Source of the DNA: Carcharhinus amblyrhynchos
Lineage: Eukaryota
DNA length: 64,000 nt
NCBI GenBank assembly: GCA_965287045.1
Contig: OZ336874.1
Span: 22,196,001-22,260,000 of the forward strand
Direction: 5' to 3'
This document shows, piece after piece, positions 1-12,262 of this stretch. A model generated the notes under the pieces. The model was not told the DNA's origin and ran no database searches. It saw only the letters and a list, made by a program, of their open reading frames with translations. Both the position numbers and the translations under genes were made by a program. The first letter of the stretch is position 1; every line of letters begins with the position of its first letter.

Positions 1-455
1 TTTAATGTTATAAAACATCCCAAAATGCTCCACAGGAGCAAAACCAGACAAAGGCTGAGGACAAGCTGACAAAGGGGATATTTGGAGTGAACAAAAGCTT
101 GGTCAATGAATTTGCTGATTAGAATTGTTTTAAAGGAGAAGAGGTAAGGTGGGGGGGTGTATAATATGAAAGGAATTTGATGGTTTGCAGCCTAGGCAGC
201 TGAAGGCACAGCTGCAAATGGGGGAAAAGGAGTCGGGCTACACGTGACCATAAATATGGAACACAGATTTCAGGGAGTGTTGTCGGCCTACAGGAAGCAA
301 GGAATCAGGCAATGGAGGGGTTTGAACACAAGGATGTGAATTTTAAATCTGAGTCAACGTGGATCAGAAAGCTCAGCGCTGATGGGTGACTTGGCATGTG
401 TTAGAATACAAGACAGAAGAGACAGACTTTTGAAAGAGTCGAAGGTTATGGAAGG
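1..455 (-). mobile_element. Old L2/CR1-group LINE 3' fragment
   Basis: Decayed motifs such as gcctaggcagctgaaggca and ggatgtgaattttaaat, typical of the antisense L2 3' region. Confidence 0.5.
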
Positions 456-457
456 CA

Positions 458-632
458 GAGGCTGGATGATTAGCAGAAACAGTCAAATTATTAGTTGGAA
501 TAGTCAAGTATGAATAACAATAATAATAATAATTACACAGCCCCCACCTCCTACACCTTACCTCTTCTCTGGAATAATCAGGCTGGACGATTAGCAGGAA
601 TAGTCAAATTATTAGTTGGAATAGTCAAATAT
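458..632. repeat. Short direct repeat (~53 bp x2, offset 122)
   Basis: aggctggaYgattagcag.aa.agtcaaattattagttggaatagtcaa at ~458 and ~580. Confidence 0.85.
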
Positions 633-718
633 TAAGGTACAGAACCTTGGGCTAGGGTTTCAGCAAGAAGTCTTACAACACCAGGTTAAAGTCCAACAGG
701 TTTATTTGCTAGCAAACA

Positions 719-762
719 CCACTAGCTTTCAGAGCACTTGCTGCTTCTTCTTCGTCAGGTGA
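719..762 (-). ncRNA. Minimal hammerhead motif, inverted copy (stem II degenerate)
   Basis: Minus strand reads ucac-CUGACGA-agaagaagcagcaagugcucu-GAAA-gc-UA-gugg. Confidence 0.55.
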
Positions 763-802
763 ATGGGAGATGTTTTCACAAACAGGGCATATCATCTCCC
801 AC

Positions 803-843
803 TCACCTGACGAAGGAGCAGCCAGCGCTCCGAAAGCTAGTGG
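803..843 (+). ncRNA. Minimal type I hammerhead ribozyme motif (Penelope-associated)
   Basis: ucac-CUGACGA-a-GGAGC(agccagc)GCUCC-GAAA-gc-UA^gugg. Both core boxes are present, stem II has 5 bp, the palindrome AGCU replaces stem III, and stem I is ucac/gugg. Confidence 0.75.
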
Positions 844-979
844 CGTTTGCTACCAAATAAACCTGTTGGACTTTAACCTGGTGTGGTGAAACTTCTTACT
901 GTGTTTACCCCAGTCCAACGCTAGCATCTCCACATCATGACTAGGGTTTCAGCAGCAGAGGGAGCAGAGGCACCAACTT

Positions 980-1100
980 TGAGGGGATCAAGGGTTAAGG
1001 GGAAAACCCGGGAGAGTAGGGATGAAAATTGTATCAGTCATGATTGAATGGCGGAGCTGACTTGATAGGCCAAATGGCCAAATTCTGCTCCAATGTCATA
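980..1100 (+). mobile_element. CR1 LINE 3' tail
   Basis: gatcaagggtta...atcagtcatgattgaatggcggagc...ggccaaatggcc...tctgctcc. Confidence 0.7.
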
Positions 1101-4100
1101 TGCTAACTAGACCAATACCTGTGGTCAGTTTTTACACTTTGTTGATACAGTTAGAAAGAATAGGGAAATTAATCAGCAAATGCTGCATTTTCAGCACTCA
1201 CAAGTTGATTTCCTCGTCAGTAATTGTCACTGAGTTGACAAAGCAATTTCAAGCATTAGAGAAACAAGATTTTGGGAATGCTGGCATGCTGAATGAAGTA
1301 AATTGTTCACTTAATTAATCTCAGCCTACATTCCCACCAAGCCTCCTTTCTAAAATTGTGTGGTCCAGAGACAAAATGTTGGCGTTTTCATGATCTGGAT
1401 TACAGACAAGACACCCACAGAGCCAAGTACTGGAGGTCAACGGTGCCCTTAAAGATATTAGGTGCAGCTCAGGATGTCCCATTATTGTAATTGCTTTTAG
1501 TTAGCCTACGGCAATACAAGCTAGTTCATATTCTCGCCACTTACAATCCACTGCAAGTGGGGCTTTTTCGCTCAAGTTCTAGCTCATCCACATTCGCTTG
1601 AGTGAGTCTTATCAGTTCTCAGTTTGGGCAGTTGCACTATTGTGGGACATAATCAGTGAACCTCACCTGTCAAGAAGGGAAAGAACGGCTAAATAATGAG
1701 AAAATGAAACTCCTAATCAAATCAGCATTGTCATGCCATTTCTGGGTCATCTGGAAAGATATGTTAATCAACCTGGCATGTCTGTCAACGTACCAAGCCA
1801 ATTGAGAAGCTGATGGAAATAGAGCAAGCTACATAGAAGCACACACAAAAGGCAGTCCTTGTATGGTATTAGGAGTGTTTGAACTGTGTTGTTTTTCTAA
1901 TTAATATATTTATTTAGCTAATTGCTCATCCTGATAATGCTGTAATTCTGCCACCAATAATGTCAAATTAAAGTGGGTGGTTCCTTTCAGCCTTAATGCT
2001 GAATCCAACTGTATTTAAAAAATGCACTTCTCGTGCACATGCTTGCCCAATTTAACATTAGCTATCTGCAATTAAAAAAGCAAACACTTTGCAATGCAAG
2101 TTGTATAATTTTACTTGGCTTGTTTGTGGACAATATAACAATCCAATATTAAGTATCTGAATTCTTTTCAAGTTATTACTTTAGAAATATTATTGCAAGA
2201 AGATGAATGAGAATAATGTGGCATTTTCGCGTGTGATGGATAACATTAGAGTCTGGAAAGGAAGGAGACCTCATCTATTTTAAAATAAGGTTTCATCCGG
2301 TTGAAATGTGTAGCATCAGCATAGATTTCAATGCTGTTTTGCATTATCTTATTCCAGGCATCCTAACTTCACAAGAGATTCAAAGTGCACTAACCGAATG
2401 TTCAATAATCCCAAGATCATTTCGATTCAGCATGTAAACGTATGCACTAAAGCAGAGAAAATTGCAGTGCAGGGTCCAACTCTCATTTCAACACAATGAA
2501 TTGTCTTGTTTTCCTACCAGGCCATTTGGCTGCCTCTTTTCATTACCTCTTAACTGTTTGATGTCCAGAAATAATATTGCCCCGTTCCAGGGCCATATAG
2601 TTTCCTCTCACATCATTCAAAATTTAAAGTCAAGCAAAATTGTACAGTGACTGAAAAAGCCGAAAATGGTGCTGGTATGAAGGGGAAGGGGAAGAAGGAA
2701 GCACAAGGACATTCTGAAGCTTCTTCTGTCCAGCTCGACAGTTAAAGCTGAGCGCAGGCCTGACTGGCAACTCTCTCAAGAGGACAACAATGTGGCGGCA
2801 AGTGGAAATGGGAGCAGGGAAAGAGGAAAAGGAGAATATATTCTCAAAATTATCAAATACCCTCAGTGAAATAGAACTGTGATTGGATATTCATCAGATA
2901 AGCAGAGAAGTAAACATTTTGTTCCAATCCCATCAAGAAAGGTTAAAATGCATCTGACGGAAAGCCACGGGCTACACTTCATCTTACTTTTCTCCCCTCC
3001 CACGCTGATTTTAAAAAGATAACTTGAATTCCAGTTCACGTTATGTACATAAAATCGTATGAAGCTAATCTCAACCAGATGTCTGATGGTTTTTCTGGGT
3101 GGAGGAGAGTTTGTTGGTCAGACACTGGAGCCAAGAAATATTCCTTTCCAACATCCATCCTTCTGAGAATCTGAATCAATTCATGAGATAAGGATCACTT
3201 TTAATCAACAAATGCTCAATGCCACATTTCTGTAGTCTCAACCATCTTGTAACCATTTGTTGCTTGATAAATCATTGGAATAATTTATTTGCCAAACGCA
3301 CACACAGTTTCTGAAGTTGGTCACAAATAAAACGTGACAGAAGAGTCAACTAACCACCGAAAGTAGTGATCATGTACGTCATTCTCAGAAAGACAGATTT
3401 AGATTGCAGGAGTGACCAACCTCAACTTGGTTCTGTGACGTTATATTGAAATCACAAATTCTTAAGAACTGATGAAACCACATTACTCAACTGCCTAGAA
3501 TCATTACTGGATGTGAGAAGGTTGGGAAACAGAAAGCATTTTCTCTGAAACTGCGGAGTTTTTAAAAGATTGTTCATTTATGGGCTGTGACCACGTGTTT
3601 GTGCACTAATGGGCCAAATCTTCCAAGGAATAATAATCACTCCTACTTTGCTGTGACATGCCAGAGCTCCACATTTCTGGTTGGGACTTCCAGTCCCAGT
3701 GCCTCCATAAATACGGAGCGTAACTAAAATGGAACTGCTTCTTCAAAGCACTGGAGCATCGAGAAAGACAAGCCCCTTTTTATGACACTAGCTGCCATAT
3801 TCTGGTAAGAGTTAATTTAAATATCCCAAAGTTTCTTTGCAAAGCCACAGAGAAAACATAGCAGCATAAAAGGTTTAGGATGGCAGGTGGATGGGGTGGG
3901 AGGTAGATGAACTGGTACATTGACAGATGGATAGAGTAGTATGTGCAAAGTGGGACAGGTGAATAGAATGGCAGGGTGACAGGTAGGTGAGTGGGCATTT
4001 AGATTGGGAAGAGTTGTCAGGTCAGGTTGGTACGAGTCAGCAAAGTAGTTGCAGAAGGCGGGTTCAATGTGAATGACTGGGGGTGGTCAGCTGCACAGTT

Positions 4101-4830
4101 ACTCACACAGTTTTGTGTTTAAGAATGTGTCTCAGGAAAATTGTCCATCAGAAGTTCAAACTTTCCAGACAATTTCCACATGTGTTTGGACTTCTGAGGG
4201 GTCCCAACATGTATCTTGACAGGAAGGGGGCAGGGGGCATAGGGGGTACATCTGGTTTCTGGAAATCTAGAAATCAGAAGATCTGGGACAATACATTACA
4301 TGAAATGTTTTGAACATATTAAGTGGTAATAGAATTTACATTTCAAATTAAAATTCTTATGGTTTTATGCCTGATCTATATTCACTTCCATCTCAGTTTG
4401 AAATAAGCTCAGTATTGCATGTTGAATTGGGATTACAGCTACACTGTGAGACCAAAATATCATCTGTGGTACTTGCGTACACTTACTTTATAAATCATAG
4501 GATTCTGTATCAGTGCGGACAATGACAGAAGTGCATTAAATATCTACCAAAACTATGCAGACCCGGAAAAGCATGCAGCAATCTGTGTGCAATACTGATT
4601 TGTTATCAGTGCTGCCATTTTAGATCACAATCACTTGTTTTCCACTTTCCCTTATTCTTACACGGCTCAACATGCACCAGCAGCAGGAAGGACCCTCTGC
4701 CAGTACTAGTTAAAAGCATCAATTGCTTACTGGTGAGTAATGGTTGATGCCAACAGTCTTATCCTCCCTCTATCACTGAGAATCACAGCATATGCTTTGG
4801 CATAATGCAAATCTAAAGTCTCCACACACT

Positions 4831-5467
4831 AAATATTCTAAAGCAAATTTATAAAAGAATAATACCATACTGTATACGATATTAAACAAATTGCCTTTGT
4901 GTATTCCCTTATAGTGCCCATTTTCTGTATGCCTTTGCTTGTCTAGTTCTCCTTTGTGGTGCTACCCCACTGGCTGCAGAATGGCTGATGAAAAGCTGCT
5001 AACTTTCAATGGAGGAGACTGCAGATCGCCTTAAAGCGTAATGTTGTGATATTTTAGGGCTACAAACAGGGCCCTGGCTACAAACAGTACCATCTGAGTA
5101 AGGGTAGCAGTAGTTAGTAAGAACGGGTGAGATTTCTGTCCATTGCTCCAGACTACAACTTGCATGACGAAATGCGCGTGTTGACACAGCAACTCAGACT
5201 ACCTGAATCTTCTGTAGCACATCACACACCAAGAGCATCCTGTGACCTCACAATGACATTTGCTCATCCTTCTCCTCCTTGGAGGTTAGGATCTTCCCTT
5301 CCTAACAACACCGTAGTGTACCTACACCACATGACTTTCAGCACATCTATAAGGATGAAGTGAAGCAAGTGAACATTAGCTGGTACAAAGTTGGCATTAC
5401 ACTGAACGAGCGCAGGATAATTGTGCGTTGGAATCACTGTACCAGTTTTCAAAGGCTGTGTAATGTA
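4831..5467. repeat. Direct duplication, copy 1 (~637 bp)
   Basis: Near-identical to 5904-6540 (offset 1073). Paired ORF-track entries 5127/6200 and 4999/6072 reflect the same duplication. Confidence 0.95.
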
Positions 5468-5903
5468 GAACTCCTTGGCTTTTACGAAATATCTGGGCTC
5501 AGTCCATTCACAGTGTAGGACAGAAAACAAGTGCCATAAATGGAAAGAGCTTCATTCCTGTTCCATTTGTTTCGCTGTACTGAACAGCATTAAATATGGT
5601 TACAGTTCACATCTGTTTAAAACTATTATCAAATTAATTAATTGAGGATGTGCGAGTTAGTTATGTTAACTATTTCAGCCTCTAAAGTTACTGGCACTCA
5701 GGGTAAAGAAAAGTTGGCAAACTTTAATATAAATTCGGAGAGGGAGAAGCTCCAAAAAAATCATGCACCATTTTGTATCTTTTTAAAGTCACAAGCAAAT
5801 GTTACTGCATTACATTTGCAAACAAGGAGAAACTTTCCACATCTGTTTCATAAAGTCGAAAGCTCTTGAATAGCTTTCCCAAAACGCATTTTGGTTCGAA
5901 CAA

Positions 5904-6540
5904 AAATATCCTAAAGTAAATTTATAAAAGAATAATACCACACTGTACACAATATTAAACAAATTGCCTTTGTGTATTCCCTTATAGTGCCCATTTTCTG
6001 TATGCCTTTGCTTGTCTAGTTCTCCTTTGTGGTGCTACCCCACTGGCTGCAGAATGGCTGGTGAAAAGCTGCTAACTTTCAATGGAGGAGACTGCAGATC
6101 GCCTTAAAGCGTAACGTTGTGATATTTTAGGGCTACAAACAGGGCCCTGGCTACAAACAGTACCATCTGAGTAAGGGTAGCAGTAGTTAGTAAGAACGGG
6201 TGAGATTTCTGTCCATTGCTCCAGACTACAACTTGCATGACGAAATGCGTGTGTTGACACAGCAACTCAGACTACCTGAATCTTCTGTAGCACATCACAC
6301 ACCAAGAGCATCCTGTGACCTCACAATGACATTTGCTCATCCTTCTCCTCCTTGGAGGTTAGGATCTTCCCTTCCTAACAACACCGTCGTGTACCTACAC
6401 CACATGACTTTCAGCACATCTATAAGGATGAAGTGAAGCAAGTGAACATTAGCTGGTACAAAGTTGGCATTACACTGAACGAGTGCAGGATAATTGTGCA
6501 TTGGAATCACTGTACCAGTTTTCAAAGGCTGTGTAATGTA
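5904..6540. repeat. Direct duplication, copy 2
   Basis: Differs from copy 1 by scattered substitutions; separated by a ~436-bp unique spacer. Confidence 0.95.
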
Positions 6541-7184
6541 AGCAACTGAGGAACTGAACTATGACACAAATTACCGAGAATAAAACAGTCAGAGGTGATC
6601 AAACTTGTACAGTCAATTGGAAGTAGGAACATCGCCTACACAATACAGCTTGCCATGAACTGGAGCAGATTCACATATGCCGCTACTGGCATATAACATA
6701 TTCCAATATTCTTCATTGTGCAGACGAACTGTAATGAAACTGCTGTGCGATTTCCCCGCACTGTCTCATGTTCACAGTCTTTAAGTGCACGTGCATCATC
6801 AGGTGCATCAAAATGACATGCTGACAGTTTTGGAACACTGCAACATATTACTGTTTTGATTGATTCAGTGCTTCAACACTTGTATTTCTTGAGACTGACC
6901 CGAATTGAGAAGGGAAACTGAAAGGAGAAATTGAGAAAAGAAACTGTCCCATTTCTATGGAAACTAAGATTAAATTGAGAATGGAAACAAAAACTTCTGA
7001 GGAGACTAAAGCTGACCAAAACCACATAAAAGAACCATCAGAGTTTAAAATGATGATCTCAATAGTGCAGTACAGGCAGGCCGAGAATAGAGAAATAAAT
7101 AATTACTGTAGCTGTTTGTGTTACTTGAAGATAACATTGGTGGATCCAGGTCATCTAGACTGTCAAGAGCTTTGGGCAGAAGTT

Positions 7185-7285
7185 GGGATTGGGATATTGA
7201 ATTTGATGATCAGTCATGATCAAATTGAGTGACGAAGCAGGCTCGAAGGGTGGTATGGTCTGCTCCTGCTTCTATGGTTCTGTAA
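7185..7285 (+). mobile_element. CR1 LINE 3' tail
   Basis: gatgatcagtcatgatca...gcaggctcgaagggtggtatggtctgctcctgcttct; another copy at ~60895-60995. Confidence 0.65.
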
Positions 7286-7736
7286 GCAGAGCTTACATCT
7301 GCAGAGCACAGATGTACACCATTTTTGATGAAGACCTGTGGAATTCAAGTTGGCTGAAGTGCTGCTAGTGGCTGGGACTCAAATTAAATCCTACAAGATG
7401 ATCTAGGATGGAATGTTACCAACCAACTGAACCCAGAGGTAACATAAATTGGACACTGAAAGACATTTAAGAGTCCAAATCAAAAAAGCATGTTGATGAA
7501 CAGGCTGGAACTTTGTAGTTTATCGAGAGGAGGATACAGACTTGGACGCATCTTAAAGCTCCTCAAACTCTAAAAGATCGCCTTTATTTGGCCAGACGTT
7601 GAATTGCACATAACATGCGTTATGTTAAAACCACCTCTATTCACAATGAACAATATGTTTAACGTAGCACAGGGAGATTGGATCCTGACTGAACACTCAA
7701 ATCTCACAAAACTGGTTCAGGCACAGCAATATTTTA

Positions 7737-8017
7737 ATTAGTTTAAGTTTATTTATTAGTGTCACAAGTAGGTTTACATTAGCACTGCAATAAAGTTACT
7801 GTGAAAATACCCTCATCGTCAGAATCTGGAGCCTGTGGGTATACTAAGGGAGAATTTAGCTAAACCAAAGCACCTAACCAGCACGTCTTTCAGACTGTGG
7901 GAGGAAACCCATGCAGACACGGGGAGAACGTGCAGACTCCGCACAGGCGGTGACCCAAGCCAGGAATCGAACCTGGGTCCCTGGCGCTGTGAGGCAGCAA
8001 CTGTGAATCATGCTGCA
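7737..8017 (-). mobile_element. HE1-like V-SINE, tail type B
   Basis: tRNA-derived head, V-domain (tgcacgttctccccgtgtctgc), and tail ttttcacagtaact...cttgtgacactaataaataaact. Confidence 0.85.
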
Positions 8018-9294
8018 TCCTTAATTATTTCCGAAAGAATGAAAGAGCAATGGACAGTACTCAAAGTAGCGGCTCCGACGATTAGCATAACTTAAATAAA
8101 GAAAATATCCTTTTATCGTTTCTGTCATTAGTTCACTTTGGTTGATTTAAGTAATAATCTGTGCTTTCCACGTGTATCATTAATAGAAGGGGACGCTCAT
8201 TAAAGAAAATGGAAAACCATGGATTGTGCATAGCAGGAGTTTACATAAAGTGGGCCAGAGTTTAAATTTGGATTGCCAGAGGGTTAAATCAGTTAGCCTC
8301 TGAAGACAGAAACAGGGATTGCAATACGTGATTACCCTGTGCCCATTCAGCGAAATGCAGGCAGGAGGCCAACTTCATGTTGCCTGCTCATTATAATCAG
8401 TTCTGTGTGCAACTAATGCTAACCGTGGTGTTCACTGGCTGTACGTTTTAGCTGAGGTCTGTATGGTTACTTCCAACTTAAAGCCAGCCTGCACTGCCTA
8501 AAGGGAAGGTACACTGTGGCAAATGTAAGCACTGAGATCATTAAGAATATAGTGTGCTGTACAATAATCAAAATGGTTCACTGTAAGGCAGCATGTACAC
8601 CGAGGTTTCTGGATGCTGTGCTGGGGATTTTGATAGAAGAAATGAAATGAAGCAGAGATGTCTTGGATCTTCAGTGGGACTAGAGGCCTTTGACGTAGCT
8701 GCTCAGAAAGCAATGGCAAGAGATGGTGTCAAAGGTCAGTGCCAGAGGTGTAGCTTCAAGAACATGGATACGGTGCAGGAGAAAGTTTAACACTGTCACA
8801 CAAATAGCCAAAGATCACTGAATATATTTTCAATTGTTAAAGCTACTTGCCATACTCCGACCCACCTGCCAACAATATCTACCAAACAGGACACATATCT
8901 CACATTCAAATGCTTCATCTCACCCTCACTTGCACATACTTAACTCTGTTGCAAGTCTCAAAGCCACATCCCAGCTTGTAGATACTGCCAACTATTTCAA
9001 CCAGAACGGCCACGTGATCTGCACAGATTGCTTGGCATTCTTCACCATTTCATTCTCTTTTGTATGAGAAGTTGGTGCACAGGAATTAATTGAAGGAGAG
9101 AGGCATGTCTGCTGGAGTCTTTGCTAAAAACTTAGGGCTGAATTGCAATACTTGATGCATTGAGAATGTTGTTGGAAAGCTTGTGGTCAGCATGGAGGTA
9201 TCTATCTAGCACCAACTTGCACAGAGCTATGCACAGAACCTGGAACCCCATCTTTTCCAGTGTAGAAATGTGGCCAGCTCCTTAAGAACAGATT

Positions 9295-9655
9295 TTGTTT
9301 ATTCATTCACAGGACAAGGGCGTCACTGGCTGGCCAGCAGTTATTGCCCACTCCTAGTTGCCCGTGGGCAGTTGAGAGTCAACCACATTGCTGGCTCTGG
9401 AGTCACATGTAGGCCAGACCAGGTAAGGATGGCAGATTTCCTTCCCTAAAGGACATTTGTGAACCAGATGGGTTTTTCCGACAATCAACAACGGTTTCAT
9501 TGTGATCAATACATTCTTAACGCCAAATTTTTTTTTAAATTGCATTCAAATTCCACCAATTGCTGCGGCAAGATTCAAACCCGGGTCCCCAGAACAATAG
9601 CTGAGTTTCTAAAGTAATAGTCTCTCGATAATACCACTAAGTCCTCGCCTCCCAC
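9295..9655 (-). mobile_element. tRNA-derived SINE with CR1-type tail (family also at 15960, 27975, 61100)
   Basis: Core gggaaggaaatctgccatccttacctggtctggcctacatgtgactccag on the minus strand. Confidence 0.8.
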
Positions 9656-9934
9656 TGCAGACCTGACGATGATGCAGCTTCTGAAAGCTGATGTTTCAGC
9701 TTCCATCGCAGTATCGAGCCAATGTTTGAGTGGGAGCTGAACCTTGTTACCACGGAAGCTCACATCCTAGCCATGATGGATCTCACTACCTGTATGCAAT
9801 GCAGCTTCCAGGGTATCACAGCACCGAGCACTCTGTCCCCTAATATACCTCCTCCCCCAAGACTGTCTATAGATAGGTCTTTTGCTGAGAGCCCCTCTCT
9901 CACTCCTGTTCCTCCTAGTCTGGCAGCTTGTTCT

Positions 9935-10322
9935 GTTCTGCATTGTCTTTAGAGAGAAGGTTAAGAGGTGACTTATATGAGGCATATAAGATGATCAGAG
10001 GATTAGATAGGGTGGACAGTGTGAACCTTTTCCCTCAGATGGAGATGGCTAGCACCAGGGGACATAGCTTTAAATTAAAGCATGATAGATATAGGACAGA
10101 TGTCAGAGATAGGTTCTTTACTCGGAGAGTAGTAAGAGCATGGAATGCCCTTCTTGCAACAGTAGTGGACTCACCAATATTAAGGGCGTTTAAATGGTCA
10201 TTGGATAAACATTTGGACGATACTGGAATAGCGTAGGTTAGATGGGCTTTAGATTGGTTTCACAGGTTGGCACAACATCAAGGGCCGAAGGGCCTGTACA
10301 GCGCTGTAACGTTCTATGTTCT
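9935..10322 (+). mobile_element. CR1/HER1 LINE 3' end, 5'-truncated
   Basis: ORF 9928..10236 (LERRLRGDLYEAYK...TRGHSFKL...FFTRRVVRAWNAL) is a CR1 ORF2 C-terminus. Tail gttctatgttct; candidate TSD gcttgttct on both sides. Confidence 0.9.
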
Positions 10323-10539
10323 TTGCTTGTTCTCCCAATCATGCTCAAATGTTGAGAGGAAGTCCACCCATGTCTGAGAACAACAGGTTTGTGCACATTC
10401 CTTTGAGTCAACAAAATGTACTTTCGCACCAGTCCGACCACACCCTTTAACCAACAATACAGAGCAATCAAAATTCACAGAACTGTAGCAAACTGCTAAA
10501 ACGAATTAAACAGCAACTTAAGCTGTATGTAGTGGCGGT

Positions 10540-10568
10540 GGGGGGGGGGGGGGGGGGGGCGGGGGGGG
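10540..10568. repeat. Poly-G tract (others at 21488-21506, 52585-52599; poly-C plus (CA)n at 53984-54014)
   Basis: Direct reading. Confidence 0.9.
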
Positions 10569-11461
10569 CAGGGTTCTTCGTGCTGCTACACATGTTCAGC
10601 TGTATGAGGTTAAGAGACAGCATGGGCTAAAGAGTGGAGCACCAAATGGCAGTGTTGGTGTCCAGTTGATTAATGTCATGATGTGCTTCCTTTGCACATT
10701 TCCTGTGGATATGCCATGCTCACACACTAACCCCTTTATGAATGGGACATTCGCACATTTCACAGCAGAATTATGATTGCTCACTACAGATGTCAATTTG
10801 GAATCTTAAGGGGCCTCATTGCACCCCCAAAAAACCTGTGCAACCTGGTCCAATCTCCCACTCTTTGTGGACTTCCAAAGAACGTTAATGCGGTCAGACA
10901 TGCACAAATCTCTTTCCTTGAGACAACGTTAGGGTTCTTGAAAGGTTACTGGTCTTCAATCACAATGCTGGACTGATCTTTTTCAGTGTAATTAAGGGAT
11001 GCAATAGTAGATGTCACTATGACTTTTACTGTAACATTAAGCTGTGGATCTCATCTAGAATTGGTCTCTGACTTGGTTGGGTGAGCCGGAACAATGTTTA
11101 ATTGTGCATTTTAGCTGTATAACCATTCTCAGCAATACTGTGGCATTTCTGTTGCTCGTGCAGTGCAGATATTGTTGAAAATCTGAATTTCGTTTGCTTC
11201 ATTGTGTCATTAGTTCCTGTGTATCGTGTTGTTTCAGTTGCCGAACCAGAAATGTAAATACTGCAATGCCGTATAGATGAGCTCAAACTTGTTATCTGGA
11301 CTTTAATTTACTGTTGGGAAAACATGGTATCCTTCTCTGAATAGTTCTTTTTGAAGGCTAAGAGGCTAATAAAGAAATGAGGATCATAGTGATTTGTTTT
11401 TGTTGATGCAGTTGTCACACGAGAGAATGCAGGTATGGTGTTACATCATCACATTTAAAAG

Positions 11462-12095
11462 AAAATAACTTACAACTATATAGTGCCCCTCATGTCTTTG
11501 GAATGTCCCAAAGCATTTCATCACCAATGTAGCACTTTTTAAAATTAAGTCAGTTTTGTAACACAGGAAAACATGTCAGTCAATTTGAGCATAGCAAGAT
11601 CACAAACAACACTGTTAACTGATCAAATAATCTCATAGAATCAAAGAATCCCTGAAGTGCAGAAGGCAGCCATTTGGCCCATCAAGCCTGGACAGACAAC
11701 AAACTCACGTAGGCCCTTTCCATAACCTCTGACACTAAGGAGTGATTTAGCACGCCCAACCTAACCTGCACATTTTTGGCTTGTGGGGGAAAACCAGAGC
11801 ACCCAGACACGGGCAGAACATGCAAATTTCACACAAACAGTCACCCGAAGCCAGAATTGAACCCAGGTCCCTGGTGCTGTGAGGCAGCAGTGTTAACCAC
11901 TGAGCTAACGCGTCACCCTCTGTTTTCCATGGTTTTATTTGAGGGTAAATGTAGCCAGACACCCGGAGAGCTTCCTTGATCTTCTTCAAATGGATTCTTT
12001 CACATCCATCGGAAAAGGGCAAACTTAATTTAAACCTGAAGATGCCACATCTGAAAATGCAGCACCCCTTCAACACTGCACTGAAATGTGAGCTT
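11462..12095 (-). mobile_element. DeuSINE-type (SacSINE1/AmnSINE1-like) element split by an HE1 insertion
   Basis: 11462-11633 and 11919-12095 are the reverse complement of the same Deu-domain and tail motifs seen at 60325-60765. Confidence 0.6.
11634..11918 (-). mobile_element. HE1-like V-SINE, tail type A (HER1/CR1 tail)
   Basis: Head ...gtgaggcagcagtgttaaccac; tail catagaatc...ggcccatc. Confidence 0.85.
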
Positions 12096-12103
12096 TGATA
12101 GAT

Positions 12104-12262
12104 AAAGGCAAAATTCTGCAGATTCTGGAAACAAAAACAGAAAATCTTAGCAGGTCTGACAGCACCTGTGGAGAGAGAACAGAGCCGATGTTTCTGACTC
12201 AAAACGTTAGCTCTATTCTCCCTCCTCAGACGCTAAGTTTTTCTAGCGTTTTCCATTTTTGT
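12104..12262. mobile_element. Second Penelope-like family, short inverted remnant
   Basis: aaaacagaaaatcttagcaggtctgacagc...gagaacagagc and gctctattctc...tttttctagcgttttccatttttg are imperfect inverted arms. Same motifs as 32301-32448. Confidence 0.55.

Larger units (their letters stand above)
666..940 (+). mobile_element. Penelope-like element remnant with inverted pLTR (fold-back) structure
   Basis: Arms ~666-771 and ~793-896 are reverse complements, followed by an unpaired ~44-nt tail. Flanked by the 14-bp direct repeat ctagggtttcagca (652-665, 941-954). Contains hammerhead boxes. Confidence 0.85.

Noticed and set aside
5127-6436. Identical 78-aa ORF pair as duplicated genes
   Set aside because: By-product of the 637-bp duplication; GTG start and no coding signature.
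4831-6540. Two direct repeats as LTRs of a TRIM element
   Set aside because: No TG..CA ends, PBS, PPT or TSD seen.
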